Source: Candidatus Latescibacterota bacterium (GTDB taxonomy: Bacteria > Latescibacterota > UBA2968 > UBA8231). From it: 64,000 nucleotides of DNA. The notes beneath the pieces were generated by a model. The model ran no database searches. It saw nothing but the letters and a program-made list of their open reading frames with translations, and was not told the DNA's origin. Shown piece by piece: positions 20,265 through 30,256 of the stretch (position 1 is its first letter; each line of letters opens with the position of its first letter). Both the position numbers and the translations under genes were made by a program. Location: contig CBDETK010000013.1 in the NCBI GenBank assembly GCA_965242865.1, positions 2,112,001 to 2,176,000 on the forward strand, given 5' to 3'.

Positions 20265-23200
20265 ATGTCTATCCCTGACCAAAGTCATATCAACCGAGTC
20301 CGCGACGCCCTTTGGCAACGTTCGGGCGGCGGTGCGTCCGTCATGGTTGGGAGCGGATTCAGTAGAAATGCTCTCAAAACCCGCCCCGACGCAAACGACC
20401 CGCCGACATGGCGCGAGGTGGCAGAAGCGGTATATGACAAGCTATATAGAGACCGCGATGCGATTGCGGAAGCCTCGCAAACGAGCGACTTCTTGAGGTT
20501 GGCCCAAGAGTATGAAGTTGCGTTTGGACGTGGGGATCTGCACCGCTTCATCCGAAACCTGATCCGGGACGACGATTTCAAGCCCGGCGATCTACATACG
20601 CGGTTGCTACGGCTTCCTTGGCGCGATGTCTTCACAACCAATTGGGATACCCTTTTGGAACGGGCGCGTATTTCCGTGGCTGGTCGCGCTTACAGCGTCG
20701 TCCGAAATATGGACGAAATTCCGCAGGCGAACCGGCCGCGGATCGTCAAACTGCACGGATCACTCCCTGCTCATTTTCCGCTGATCTTTACGGAAGAAGA
20801 TTACCGAACTTATCCGAGGAAATTTGCTCCTTTCGTGAACACCGCTCAGCAAGCAATGATGGAAACCGTGTTCTGCCTGATTGGTTTCTCAGGGGACGAT
20901 CCGAACTTCTTGGAGTGGTCGGGATGGGTACGCGACAATCTGGGGAAAGCGGCACCGAAGATATATCTAGCCGGGTGGTTAAACCTGTCGTCTCACAGGC
21001 GCCGAATGCTTGAAGATCGCAAGGTCGTCCCTATCGATCTTGCACTTCATCCGAAAGCTAGCGAGTGGCCGGAGTCCCTTCGTCACCAATACGCAACCGA
21101 GTGGCTTCTGTACACGCTGGAACGTGGAAAACCCTATGATGTGACGGCTTGGCCTTCGACAATCGATCAAGAACCTGTGGAGGTGCCAACACACCTTGAT
21201 CCAATTGAAGTGGTCACATCCGTTACTCCCAAAAAGGAGCCATACTCCCCTTCTGAATTGAGTGAATCTGAGAACGTCTCGGATTCGGTCCGGCAACTAC
21301 TTGAAATTTGGCAGCACAACCGGAAAATCTATCCCGGCTGGTTGGCCGTTCCGAGCAGCGAACGAACATTCCTGAGCCTATCTACAGATGAATGGGAACC
21401 GACGATTCTACAGGTGCTCCCTGACTTTGCGCCGATAGACCGGCTGAATGCCATCCGCGAATTAGTGTGGCGCAAGGAAATTCTGCTGGAGCCAATCTCA
21501 CCTCAGCTTGAATCTGCGGCGGAAGAAGCCCTAAAGCCGATAGATTGCCACCGCCGTACTATAGACGGTGTCGTCGATTCGACGATTGAATGGGCCGCTG
21601 TTAGAGAGGCTTGGCGCACGGTCGCGCTCGCGCTTGTGACGATTGCACGATTTCGCTTTGATGAAGATGCCTTTGAGAAGCGGATCGCGGCACTATCACC
21701 TTTCCGTAACGATCATCCCGACGTCGCTCAGCGAATACATCATGAGCGTTGTCTATGGGCAATTTACGCGCTTGACTTCGAGAGATTGGAAGACTTGGTC
21801 AAGGATTGGCAGACTGAAAATTGCGATCCGGCCTGGATGGTACGGAAAGCCGCCATCCTTTCCGAAATGGATCGAAAGGACGACGCAATTGAATTGCTCA
21901 ATAACGCGCTTTCGGCTATTCGTGATAACCCCGGAGATGAGCACAGTTTAGCCGGTCCTTCCCGCGAGGGTTGGGCACTGTTGCAGGCACAGGCGTTTGA
22001 AAGAGAATTTAGTGGACAAGTAAAAAACCAGATCGACGCCCCTCTAGCCTTTACGAGATGGCGGGAGTTGGCATCTCTGAAATGCGATGCGTTCACAGAG
22101 AAGCACTGGTACGCCGAAGCAATCAAGGGCAGTGACAAAAAGGATGAAAAACTGCCCTTCGATCTCGGCCATCAGCAAGGAGATACAATTCATTTTTCCA
22201 ATGCCGAATATGCCCGACAAATCGCAGCTTACCGAGCGATCCGACTCTCCGAAGTGGCCGGACTACCTCCAGTCGTAGCCTCGGATATATTAAAACTTGC
22301 TGCGGGTAAATTGTCCATGACGAATCCAGAGATGGCCGTACGTCTAGTTCTCCGAGTTTCGGACTACGAAGACCCCATGCTTACCCAGGTTTTTTCGCGC
22401 ACTCGGGTGGCCACCCTTTCAGCAGATTCAGCGAAGACACTGGCGGAGATCTGTAATAGCTTGATCGAGTATGCGCTACCCCGGATGGTTAGCACGGCTG
22501 CACGTGGACTCCGCCCTATATTCTGGATTGAGCGAATGGGTGTCGCAATGGAGGCACTATCACGGCTGGTCCTTCGTCTAGACCCCGATACGGCAGAAGC
22601 CATCTTCAACAAGGCACTGGAGCATTATCGAAACCAGCAAGTTGCACAATATCTACAGATGGCAGCCCCTGTCCGAGACCTGTTGAAACGCTCGGGGGAA
22701 ACTCTGCCGGAAGATCGCCGAACTGCTCGTGCTCTCGATTTGTTGAGTTCGCCTATCATCGGAATGGACAACTTTACGGCGAAATCCGCTATCCGCTATC
22801 CAGATCCTGGAGAGTTGCTACAAGACGATGAACTTTTTTCGCTGCCCCGGACTGCCGACAATGAGCACCGCTGGCAGGAAGTCGTCAGTTTATTGGTGCG
22901 TGGCCTACATGCTGGAGGTGAAGCACACAAGCGAGCGTCCCTTAGAATAGTGCCTGTGGGGTTTTGGGGCCGACTGACAGAAGCTGAATCGTCGCAAGTT
23001 GCTCAAGCTCTTTGGAGCGAAAAGTACACTGGTCCCAACGATCTGCCCGGCGAAACTGATCTCTTGGACTGGGTATTTATCTTGCTCCCCGAACCTGAGC
23101 TTGGTTTGGCGGAACAGCGATTCCGTCGCAAATGGCTCACCGCCGGCAATGCGCCACAAGGAGATGCGCCTAGTCACGACGATATTCTCTGGCAAGTCGG

Positions 23201-24056
23201 GAACGCCATATCTTGTCTGAAAAATCACCAGCGTCCACTGGAGCTATCGGAAGACGAACGGGCCTACCTGATTAAGGTAGTTGAGCAGTGGTCAGATACT
23301 CCAGTGCCAAGTCATTTCTTCGGTCCTATTGAGAGGCAACTCCGCGAACCTACCCGGCGTGCGATCATCGGCCTGCGCATGGTCATTTCTGAAATCCAAA
23401 TTCCTATGCCTATCGGTGAAAAGCTCTACAAAAAAATTCAAGCCTTAAAAGGTTCCGACACGCCAGGACTAGAGCTTATCGCCGGCATCGTTAGGGCATT
23501 GCCTGATCATCTTGATAAAATCGCTTTATTGGTGAGGATGGAATTGACATCTGATGATAGCACCTCGGCCAAGAACGCAGCATGGGGATTGCTCTTTTGG
23601 TTGGTCGAGTCCGCCTCAACACCTGAACTCTGTCCTCCGTCGGACGATTTGATTCGTGAAATCGGCATCATAATCGCTACCCGTAGGAAAGTGGTTCTCG
23701 CACAGGCATTGCAGACCGCTAAGTGGGTGTTTGCGGAGGGGAGCGAAGCTCAGCGAGAAGTCATTGGGCAATTGGCGATACAGGGTCTCGGTTATCTGGC
23801 CGAGGAGTTACGCTACGACAGGGAACACGATCAGGGCGATGACTTCGACGTACCGCTTCTGCGTTGGGGCTGTGCCCACCTTGCCTTGGCAATGGCGGAG
23901 CGTGGCTTTAGCGACGACCCGACAGTTACTCGCTGGTTGGAGATTTCCAAAGAAGACCCCCTCCCCGAGGTGCGACACGCAAAGCATCCCTCTCTCGCTC
24001 GTCAGCGTAAGGAAGCGGAGGGCACTGACGACGCACCAACTTCTCAGGCCGAGTAG
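20265..24056 (+). CDS. SIR2-domain anti-phage protein, Dsr1-like
   Basis: VMVGSGFSRNA, FTTNWDTLLE, VKLHGS, LIGFSGDDPNF SIR2 motifs; long helical C-terminus; 1263 aa. Confidence 0.8.
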   Translation: MSIPDQSHINRVRDALWQRSGGGASVMVGSGFSRNALKTRPDANDPPTWREVAEAVYDKLYRDRDAIAEASQTSDFLRLAQEYEVAFGRGDLHRFIRNLIRDDDFKPGDLHTRLLRLPWRDVFTTNWDTLLERARISVAGRAYSVVRNMDEIPQANRPRIVKLHGSLPAHFPLIFTEEDYRTYPRKFAPFVNTAQQAMMETVFCLIGFSGDDPNFLEWSGWVRDNLGKAAPKIYLAGWLNLSSHRRRMLEDRKVVPIDLALHPKASEWPESLRHQYATEWLLYTLERGKPYDVTAWPSTIDQEPVEVPTHLDPIEVVTSVTPKKEPYSPSELSESENVSDSVRQLLEIWQHNRKIYPGWLAVPSSERTFLSLSTDEWEPTILQVLPDFAPIDRLNAIRELVWRKEILLEPISPQLESAAEEALKPIDCHRRTIDGVVDSTIEWAAVREAWRTVALALVTIARFRFDEDAFEKRIAALSPFRNDHPDVAQRIHHERCLWAIYALDFERLEDLVKDWQTENCDPAWMVRKAAILSEMDRKDDAIELLNNALSAIRDNPGDEHSLAGPSREGWALLQAQAFEREFSGQVKNQIDAPLAFTRWRELASLKCDAFTEKHWYAEAIKGSDKKDEKLPFDLGHQQGDTIHFSNAEYARQIAAYRAIRLSEVAGLPPVVASDILKLAAGKLSMTNPEMAVRLVLRVSDYEDPMLTQVFSRTRVATLSADSAKTLAEICNSLIEYALPRMVSTAARGLRPIFWIERMGVAMEALSRLVLRLDPDTAEAIFNKALEHYRNQQVAQYLQMAAPVRDLLKRSGETLPEDRRTARALDLLSSPIIGMDNFTAKSAIRYPDPGELLQDDELFSLPRTADNEHRWQEVVSLLVRGLHAGGEAHKRASLRIVPVGFWGRLTEAESSQVAQALWSEKYTGPNDLPGETDLLDWVFILLPEPELGLAEQRFRRKWLTAGNAPQGDAPSHDDILWQVGNAISCLKNHQRPLELSEDERAYLIKVVEQWSDTPVPSHFFGPIERQLREPTRRAIIGLRMVISEIQIPMPIGEKLYKKIQALKGSDTPGLELIAGIVRALPDHLDKIALLVRMELTSDDSTSAKNAAWGLLFWLVESASTPELCPPSDDLIREIGIIIATRRKVVLAQALQTAKWVFAEGSEAQREVIGQLAIQGLGYLAEELRYDREHDQGDDFDVPLLRWGCAHLALAMAERGFSDDPTVTRWLEISKEDPLPEVRHAKHPSLARQRKEAEGTDDAPTSQAE

Positions 24057-24074
24057 CTTATTGACCCCCCAAAA

Positions 24075-24115
24075 GTGATGAAGGTGTTTCGGGTGTGAGG
24101 GGGAGTGCTACACTT
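24075..24115 (+). repeat. Direct repeat copy 2 (duplicate of mod 3' end)
   Basis: 24075-24106 is identical to 20224-20255 (32/32); followed by GCTACACTTA, shared with copy 3. Confidence 0.9.
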
Positions 24116-24150
24116 ACTGACCGGGTAAACGATCAGAGAAAGCTGAGAAA

Positions 24151-24462
24151 ATGAAAAACATAACGCTGAGTGCTGACGAGCAGCTAATCGAAGCGGCGTA
24201 TCAACGCGCCGCAGAAGAGCACACTACGCTGAACGAGCAGTTTCGGCTGTGGCTCAAACACTACGTTCAATCCGAGCGGCAATCGTCAGCGGCACAAGGA
24301 ACATTGGCGGACTTTCTCCAAGGGCATATCGGCATCCTGCACAGCAGTGAATACGTGCCCGGCGGTGCTCGTATGTCGGTAGATAGCGGCAAAAAGGTGC
24401 TTGGGGCCAGTGAACTGAGACCGGCTGGGCAGAGTAGGCCAAAAACAGGAGACTCGCAATGA
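24151..24462 (+). CDS. Small antitoxin-like protein (RHH-like N-terminus), possibly chimeric
   Basis: MKNITLSADEQLIEAAYQRAAEEHTTLNEQFRLWL beta-helix-helix pattern; no cognate toxin follows. Confidence 0.5.
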   Translation: MKNITLSADEQLIEAAYQRAAEEHTTLNEQFRLWLKHYVQSERQSSAAQGTLADFLQGHIGILHSSEYVPGGARMSVDSGKKVLGASELRPAGQSRPKTGDSQ

Positions 24463-25877
24463 ACGAACTTGGGAACTCCACAGGCGCGACCCATCCCGAT
24501 GTTCGGATTTCGGCAACAAATTTCGGCCCCATCGCGAGCAGCACCGTCGATCTGCGCCCATTGACCGTATTCGTCGGTCCGAGCAATACCGGCAAGACTT
24601 ATTTCGCCACTTTGATTTACGCCTTGCACCGGATTCTGGGTGGATTTCCACGGCTTCCTAGTATGCGCCGCTATCGTCATCCCTTTTTTCAAGGGCTACC
24701 TTATGGACTGGCCACGGATGCTGAGGCACAGCAAGAGCTCCAAGACTTTCTCAAGAAGTTAGATGTCAAGGGGCGGACATTCAGGTTCTCCGACCTGCCC
24801 AGAAGTGTGCGCGATGCAGCACAGGCGGCTGTCAGTGATCCCGATTTTCTGGGCGAGTTTCTACAGACAGAACTCAGACGCTGTTTCGCTCTGGAGTCGG
24901 TTTCCGGTCTAGTTCGATTCTCCGGTCAATCCAACAGGATGGAGGTTGCGCTGGCTATCAGTGAACAAGAGCAAGACCTCTGGCGTTTCCGCATGGAGAT
25001 CGCCGAATCGGGTGCCATCACGGATGGACGAATCGCGGACCGTTTCCATGGCGACCCCTCGCACTGGATCGACTCTGTTCGCGAACGCGAGACGCATTAC
25101 TTGCCGGCCGCCCGCAGCGGTACCATGCAGAGCCATCGCCTCATCGCCAGTGCTCTCGTGGCGCGTTCCCCCCACGTGAGAATGGAACATTTTCCCGAGC
25201 TTCCGACGCTTTCAGGTGTAATGGCCGATTTCATGCAGCATCTCATCCTTTACGAAGAGCACCGATCAACCAACCCGTCAGTGAACGCACTAGCGGAAGT
25301 AGCGGAAGTACTGGAACGCGAGGTGCTGGCCGGACAGATTAGGACTAGGCGGTCCCTATCGGGAGGGTTCCCAGAATTTGTGTACCGACCGTATGCAACC
25401 GAAGAGGAGGTTCGCCTGACCCGCGTTTCATCCATGGTGTCCGAACTCGCTCCCGTTGTGCTGTTTCTCCGCGGTGCTATCGGACGTGGCGACACGGTCA
25501 TCATTGAGGAGCCCGAAGCGCATCTTCATCCCGCCGCCCAGACCCAGATGGCGGAGACCCTAGGGCGCATGATCTGCACAGGGATCCGAGCGGTGGTCAC
25601 GACGCACAGCGACTGGTTGCTCAAGGAACTCGGCAACCTGATGCGGGAGGGGGAACTAAAAGAGAAAACAGGGGAACCCCTTTCGGGTTCGCTCCGGCCA
25701 AGCGAGGTGGGAATCTGGTTATTCCGCAAGGATGGAACGTCGGGTTCGACCGTGGAGGAAATCCCGTTTGACCGCAGCGAAGGCGTGGAGCCTAATGAGT
25801 ACGAAGGCGTCGCTGAAGAACTTTACAACCGCTCAGCGAACCTACAAAACCAACTCGAGGAACGCGAGCATGAATGA
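24459..25877 (+). CDS. ABC-type (AAA_15/AAA_21-like) ATPase
   Basis: NFGPI, GPSNTGKT Walker A, IIEEPEAHLHP Walker B/D-loop, VTTHS H-loop. Confidence 0.85.
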   Translation: MNELGNSTGATHPDVRISATNFGPIASSTVDLRPLTVFVGPSNTGKTYFATLIYALHRILGGFPRLPSMRRYRHPFFQGLPYGLATDAEAQQELQDFLKKLDVKGRTFRFSDLPRSVRDAAQAAVSDPDFLGEFLQTELRRCFALESVSGLVRFSGQSNRMEVALAISEQEQDLWRFRMEIAESGAITDGRIADRFHGDPSHWIDSVRERETHYLPAARSGTMQSHRLIASALVARSPHVRMEHFPELPTLSGVMADFMQHLILYEEHRSTNPSVNALAEVAEVLEREVLAGQIRTRRSLSGGFPEFVYRPYATEEEVRLTRVSSMVSELAPVVLFLRGAIGRGDTVIIEEPEAHLHPAAQTQMAETLGRMICTGIRAVVTTHSDWLLKELGNLMREGELKEKTGEPLSGSLRPSEVGIWLFRKDGTSGSTVEEIPFDRSEGVEPNEYEGVAEELYNRSANLQNQLEEREHE

Positions 25878-26376
25878 GGTTCTCGACGAAATTCAGTCAC
25901 AAGTGGGCACCGACAACCTCAGCAATTCGTGCAGCCGCGATGGATGCCGGGTGTCCATGGAGGATGTTCCATCTCGTCGAGTCGTGATCGACGCGGATCG
26001 GGCGTTCCCGGCTCACTAGATGGAAGAAGGTAAACAATGCGATTATATCCTCTTTTTTACTAATGCAGGCCAAGACATTCTCTTCACGGTTCCGATGGAG
26101 CTCAAAAGCGGCGGTGTTGACGCATCGGCGGTGTCCGAGCAATTGCAACGGGGCGCGGAGTTCGCCGCTCGCTTCGTGCCGACAGCTTTCAGGACTATAT
26201 GCCACCCGGTCCTATTCCATGGCAAGAGCATTCACCCCAAGCAACGCAAGACGCTTAACCGCGCCAAGGTTCTCTTTCGCGGCCGCCAGTTGACTATCAA
26301 GACGGCACGCTGCAATCAACCCAAGAATCTGGCGCGTGTGCTAGGGGACGAGGTGATGAAGGCGTTTCGGGTGTGA
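25870..26376 (+). pseudogene. Small PD-(D/E)XK-like nuclease partner of the ATPase, interrupted by an in-frame TAG at 26017-26019
   Basis: ATG at 25870 overlaps the ATPase end; 25870-26016 and 26020-26376 are in the same frame; CDY..ELK motif. Confidence 0.6.
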
Positions 26377-26391
26377 GGAGTGCTGCACTTA
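26341..26391 (+). repeat. Direct repeat copy 3 (duplicate of mod 3' end)
   Basis: 26341-26378 matches 20212-20249 at 35/38 and encodes LGDEVMKAFRV*. Confidence 0.88.
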
Positions 26392-26413
26392 TGACTACTA
26401 AAAAGAGGTTCCT

Positions 26414-26644
26414 ATGAAAAAACAAACCATCCAATACACTTCGCCCATTGACGCGCTCATTGCCGTGACCAAGCGGTTGAGTACCTATGAAAATCAGCAA
26501 CAGATGGATTCGGGAGAGTTCTTTGACCAGTACAGCCGGGGGCAACTAGCCGACGACGCACAATTCGTCGATTGGGCCAACGATTACCGCCACTATTTGC
26601 AACTATTACAAAGTACCCTCAAAACACCGCCCGATGCCGCTTGA
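26414..26644 (+). CDS. Small antitoxin-like protein (TumA-like), no toxin partner
   Basis: AGAGG RBS; YENQQQMDSGEFFDQYSRGQLADDAQFVDWA pattern; overlaps the convergent gene by 39 bp. Confidence 0.55.
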   Translation: MKKQTIQYTSPIDALIAVTKRLSTYENQQQMDSGEFFDQYSRGQLADDAQFVDWANDYRHYLQLLQSTLKTPPDAA

Positions 26645-27496
26645 ATAATTCTCATTAAATTGATTAGAGGGGGCATAAACAAGCCCGATTTTCTGCCTTT
26701 GTCTTTGGATTTTGTACAACGTTATGGCTGTGGGCTTTGGCCCTAAGGAACTCATGATTATGTTGTAAGAAGAGCCAAGTTGCTCCAAGACATCTTGGAT
26801 TGCGGACATTCCTCGATCTTCAGCGAAAGCATCTAACTCAAATCTCTCGCAGTCGTATTCTTTTTTGTATTTATCGATTATTTCATTATAAGTCTTCACA
26901 GCGTTCTCGTTCTGCGGAAAAGGCGATGGATGTTGAACGCCAAGCATTAGCTTTGCCGGCTCATACCAACTGATGGGCCTCTCTGCTCTTGAGGGATCAA
27001 AGCCCACAGTTACCAAAAGTGCTGTCTTAGCTGACGGGGCCGCAATCCCTGAGAGTTTATATACAAGCCGTGGAGCTCGGGGATCTCTGCTTAACCACTC
27101 GCTTCCATAGTTACTAGGACGGTGATACACGTACCGTGCTAGTATTGAATTTTGCTCAACTTGCCACAATACATACCAAATTATTTCGCGTGGCATAGTC
27201 GAGATATCAATTAAGGTCCCTCGACATTCTGCAATAACCCGTTCAATAGAGTCCAGTACTTTCCGCCAATTATCTGCGGGTTCGTCAATGTCAAGTTCTA
27301 CTGGAATATACTCAATACACCCAGCTTTGCATGTCTTTTCAACCTCATCTCGATTCGCTTGCGTTCGGTTCGCATAACTGCTGAAATAAAACACTAGCAC
27401 TTTCTGAAGGCCGATCTTCTCCAAATTACGCTCGAATCCTATTCTGAAGCGATCTTCCCAGCTCGCGAAAGTGACGAGTAAATTACTGTTGTTCAT
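26606..27496 (-). CDS. Hypothetical protein, possible tandem CARF-like Rossmann domains
   Basis: Two alpha/beta halves with LIDISTMPRE and IIMSSLGPKP motifs; last gene of the low-GC operon. Confidence 0.55.
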   Translation of the reverse strand: MNNSNLLVTFASWEDRFRIGFERNLEKIGLQKVLVFYFSSYANRTQANRDEVEKTCKAGCIEYIPVELDIDEPADNWRKVLDSIERVIAECRGTLIDISTMPREIIWYVLWQVEQNSILARYVYHRPSNYGSEWLSRDPRAPRLVYKLSGIAAPSAKTALLVTVGFDPSRAERPISWYEPAKLMLGVQHPSPFPQNENAVKTYNEIIDKYKKEYDCERFELDAFAEDRGMSAIQDVLEQLGSSYNIIMSSLGPKPTAITLYKIQRQRQKIGLVYAPSNQFNENYSSGIGRCFEGTL

Positions 27497-29249
27497 CCCA
27501 TAACTCCATCTGGTTATCATCTTGGTGATTCAACCCTATATCAAGCGTTCCGCTTTCCGTCGCCTTCCAAAGAGCAGCGGCTGGTATCGAGACCCTTGCA
27601 TGCTGGCCATGTGGATCAAGACCGCGAATTGGCCAGAGGATTTTGTTTGGCATATAATGAGTTTCTCTTCTGCCTTCATCCTTAGCCGAACCACTTCGTA
27701 TGTATAATAGCTGTGCCTTCCGCAGTAATTCAATTAAGCGATTCAAATTGACCATTATATCTTGGTCCCGGCCAGAAATAGTAAATGACAGGGCACACGG
27801 CTCCGATGGATGGTGTAGAAGTCGATCGCGGAAATGGACAGCAAGGGCATCAAGCAGATTAAATATCCGTCGGCCATCTTCCATAGAACAGTCCTCAATA
27901 TCCTGCGCGACTCTGTCCTTTACCCACTCCCAAGTACGTTCGCTCCGTTCCAAAATAACCTTGGTTTGTATTTCTGAGGGTATATTGGAAATTCTCTCCA
28001 AGCCTCCTTCTCTTTCCGTTTCTTTCATCTTAGAAACTACGCTATCGAACATCCAAAAACACGGTTCGAGAAGATTTCGGATCACGCCGGTTGATATAAA
28101 CACTAGTGTTTCAAAACCGGAGTATGGTGGCCTATTCGCTTTTGATGGACGGTTCTTAAAATAATGCGCCCTTTTATGTTTATACACATAATCATTTATA
28201 GGCTTTCTGTTTTCTTCTCCAAATTTACGAACAGCCTCCTCTCGAACTATTTTCTCTGATTTTTCTAAGTCCCTTTCCATAGTAGCACTCACTGGAAAGA
28301 ATTCTTTGGGAGTGGCGGAAATAGATGCCTTCTTCAGCCGTCGCTCAATTAGACTGCAAGCGAGTTTGTAGAAATTGGTATTCTTGTTATGCAAAGGTGC
28401 TTCCAAGTCAATTTGTGTGTAGTCATGCCCTTCAAGAATCGATCCACCAGATGACGTGATTTTTGTTTGAGTACCAACTTTAGCGACCGCTACCTTAAAG
28501 CTAAAAAGAGAATGATCGCGATACGCTATCCAAGAGTTCAATGCGCGGACTTGATGTTCATTCAGCGCATGTGCATCATCAAGCAAAAGAAGAAAATGAG
28601 AATTTTTAAGCCGCGGAATTTTATTAGAACACATATTTAGAATTGGAACAAGTACAGATGCAAACGAAAACGTATTCTCATAGAACGTTTCCTCGTTTCC
28701 GCTATTGATCGTTCTTTGAGTGACCAATAACTCTCTCTGAAGGAACTGCTTAACGGCTTCAAAGAAACTTACACTTTCTGGCAACTCTCCTCCCATTACA
28801 AAATTCGTCTCACTATGTAGATGTGATTCGTCAGAACCTTCAAGTACATCAGGTATTTCTGCAAGAGTTTCAGCCAAGCCGTATGCGATTGACAATACGA
28901 GAAAATGCTCCGATAGCACAGACCCTTGAAAGTCGTTGAGCAGTTGATATTCTGTTTTGTGAGTTAGCGGCGTATTGCAGGGTATATACACACCGATTGC
29001 CGAGAACGATGGCTCTTTTCCTTCCCTCTCTGCGAGAAGTTTCTGAAGCCGCCACCTGTTAAATAGCAAGGCCATGGTTTTACCACTGCCACGTTCACCA
29101 ACCAAAAAGACATTGCGTTTGGATTGAATGAATCGAGAATAATTGAAGTCGTCAATGTAGTAGTCCACTATCATCTCATCAGTGAGGTTATTTGCGGCCT
29201 CGTACTCAAACGGATTATTGTTATTCATAATGGCTATCTCCGCGGGCAT
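27483..29249 (-). CDS. P-loop NTPase, ORC/CDC6- or STAND-like
   Basis: NPFEYEAA N-terminus, GERGSGKT Walker A, LLLLDDA Walker B, STGVIRNLLE sensor-like motif. Confidence 0.72.
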   Translation of the reverse strand: MPAEIAIMNNNNPFEYEAANNLTDEMIVDYYIDDFNYSRFIQSKRNVFLVGERGSGKTMALLFNRWRLQKLLAEREGKEPSFSAIGVYIPCNTPLTHKTEYQLLNDFQGSVLSEHFLVLSIAYGLAETLAEIPDVLEGSDESHLHSETNFVMGGELPESVSFFEAVKQFLQRELLVTQRTINSGNEETFYENTFSFASVLVPILNMCSNKIPRLKNSHFLLLLDDAHALNEHQVRALNSWIAYRDHSLFSFKVAVAKVGTQTKITSSGGSILEGHDYTQIDLEAPLHNKNTNFYKLACSLIERRLKKASISATPKEFFPVSATMERDLEKSEKIVREEAVRKFGEENRKPINDYVYKHKRAHYFKNRPSKANRPPYSGFETLVFISTGVIRNLLEPCFWMFDSVVSKMKETEREGGLERISNIPSEIQTKVILERSERTWEWVKDRVAQDIEDCSMEDGRRIFNLLDALAVHFRDRLLHHPSEPCALSFTISGRDQDIMVNLNRLIELLRKAQLLYIRSGSAKDEGRRETHYMPNKILWPIRGLDPHGQHARVSIPAAALWKATESGTLDIGLNHQDDNQMELWDEQQ

Positions 29250-30232
29250 TTAGAAAGTAGGTCAGCAACAAGGGCATCAATTGAGTAAGCCGAATTTATG
29301 TCTGCAATCTCCTTTGTTTGGTCCCCAGGAATTACTATATCAGTCAATTTGAGCGGCATAAGATCAATATCGAGTATATCACTACCACAGTGAAAGTTAA
29401 AGGTAACTTGAGTGAACTTAAACGGTTCGAGAAGAGGACTATAATAGCGAGCGTACTGCCGTTCTTGATTGAGTTTTTGAATTCTCTGATAAGTACGGTT
29501 TAAGTGGTCTGAAAGATGTTTCTCACGGATCTCGTCGGTACTATCCACATCTATATCTATCTCGTACGTTAAAACAATTCGGTTGTTCTGACGGTCAATT
29601 AGAATGTTCGTACTAGACGCATAATCATGAAATTGTTGTGACTCTGGTTCATAAAGACCTTCCTTTTGCATAAAATCCGACGTTCGTTGAGGACCTTCCG
29701 CTAGTTCATCGGCAAAGCGAAGAATAGCTGCTAATTCGCGCAACCGTACACGGCTTCCTTCCAATTGATCGACTTCGCCAACTTCTTTGAGTGTATCCTG
29801 TGAACCGTCTTGTGCAGTTCCCGTATGGGCACGTGTGGATCGAACGATTAGCGTCTTTTCACGGCGGAGCGATGCATCCGTTCCGCGAATGCGATCAAAA
29901 ATGTTGGAGACATTCTTGTGATGATCGTTTCGTCCATAAACATTACCTGCATCATGGAAGATGATAAACATTCCGAGGCAATACATTTCGATACCTGATA
30001 GATCTTTGATCATGTCGTCGTCTGCGAGAAGACGAATGACGTTCTGCTTCACATTTGACACATGCGTTGCACCGTGATCGGAGAGACTTGGTTCAGCACC
30101 TTGAATGTTCGGGTACACTTCCCTTTCGAGCTTTGACTGGGCTTGCTCGTAGGCACTGGCGAGTTCTCTTCCCTTACTTCCTTCAAATTGTTCCAGAATT
30201 TTGTCGCGCAGTTGCTCGTCAAAAGTTGGCAC
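29234..30232 (-). CDS. HD-superfamily phosphohydrolase
   Basis: DHGATH, FHDAGN, RAHTG, LRFADEL give the H..HD..H..D metal-binding pattern. Confidence 0.78.
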   Translation of the reverse strand: MPTFDEQLRDKILEQFEGSKGRELASAYEQAQSKLEREVYPNIQGAEPSLSDHGATHVSNVKQNVIRLLADDDMIKDLSGIEMYCLGMFIIFHDAGNVYGRNDHHKNVSNIFDRIRGTDASLRREKTLIVRSTRAHTGTAQDGSQDTLKEVGEVDQLEGSRVRLRELAAILRFADELAEGPQRTSDFMQKEGLYEPESQQFHDYASSTNILIDRQNNRIVLTYEIDIDVDSTDEIREKHLSDHLNRTYQRIQKLNQERQYARYYSPLLEPFKFTQVTFNFHCGSDILDIDLMPLKLTDIVIPGDQTKEIADINSAYSIDALVADLLSKCPRR

Positions 30233-30256
30233 CTTTTTACTCCCTATATTGTTCTC

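Noticed and set aside
20224-26378. 32-bp direct repeats as a CRISPR array
   Set aside because: Spacing is 2-4 kb with whole genes between copies, the repeat is the coding end of mod, and no cas genes are present.
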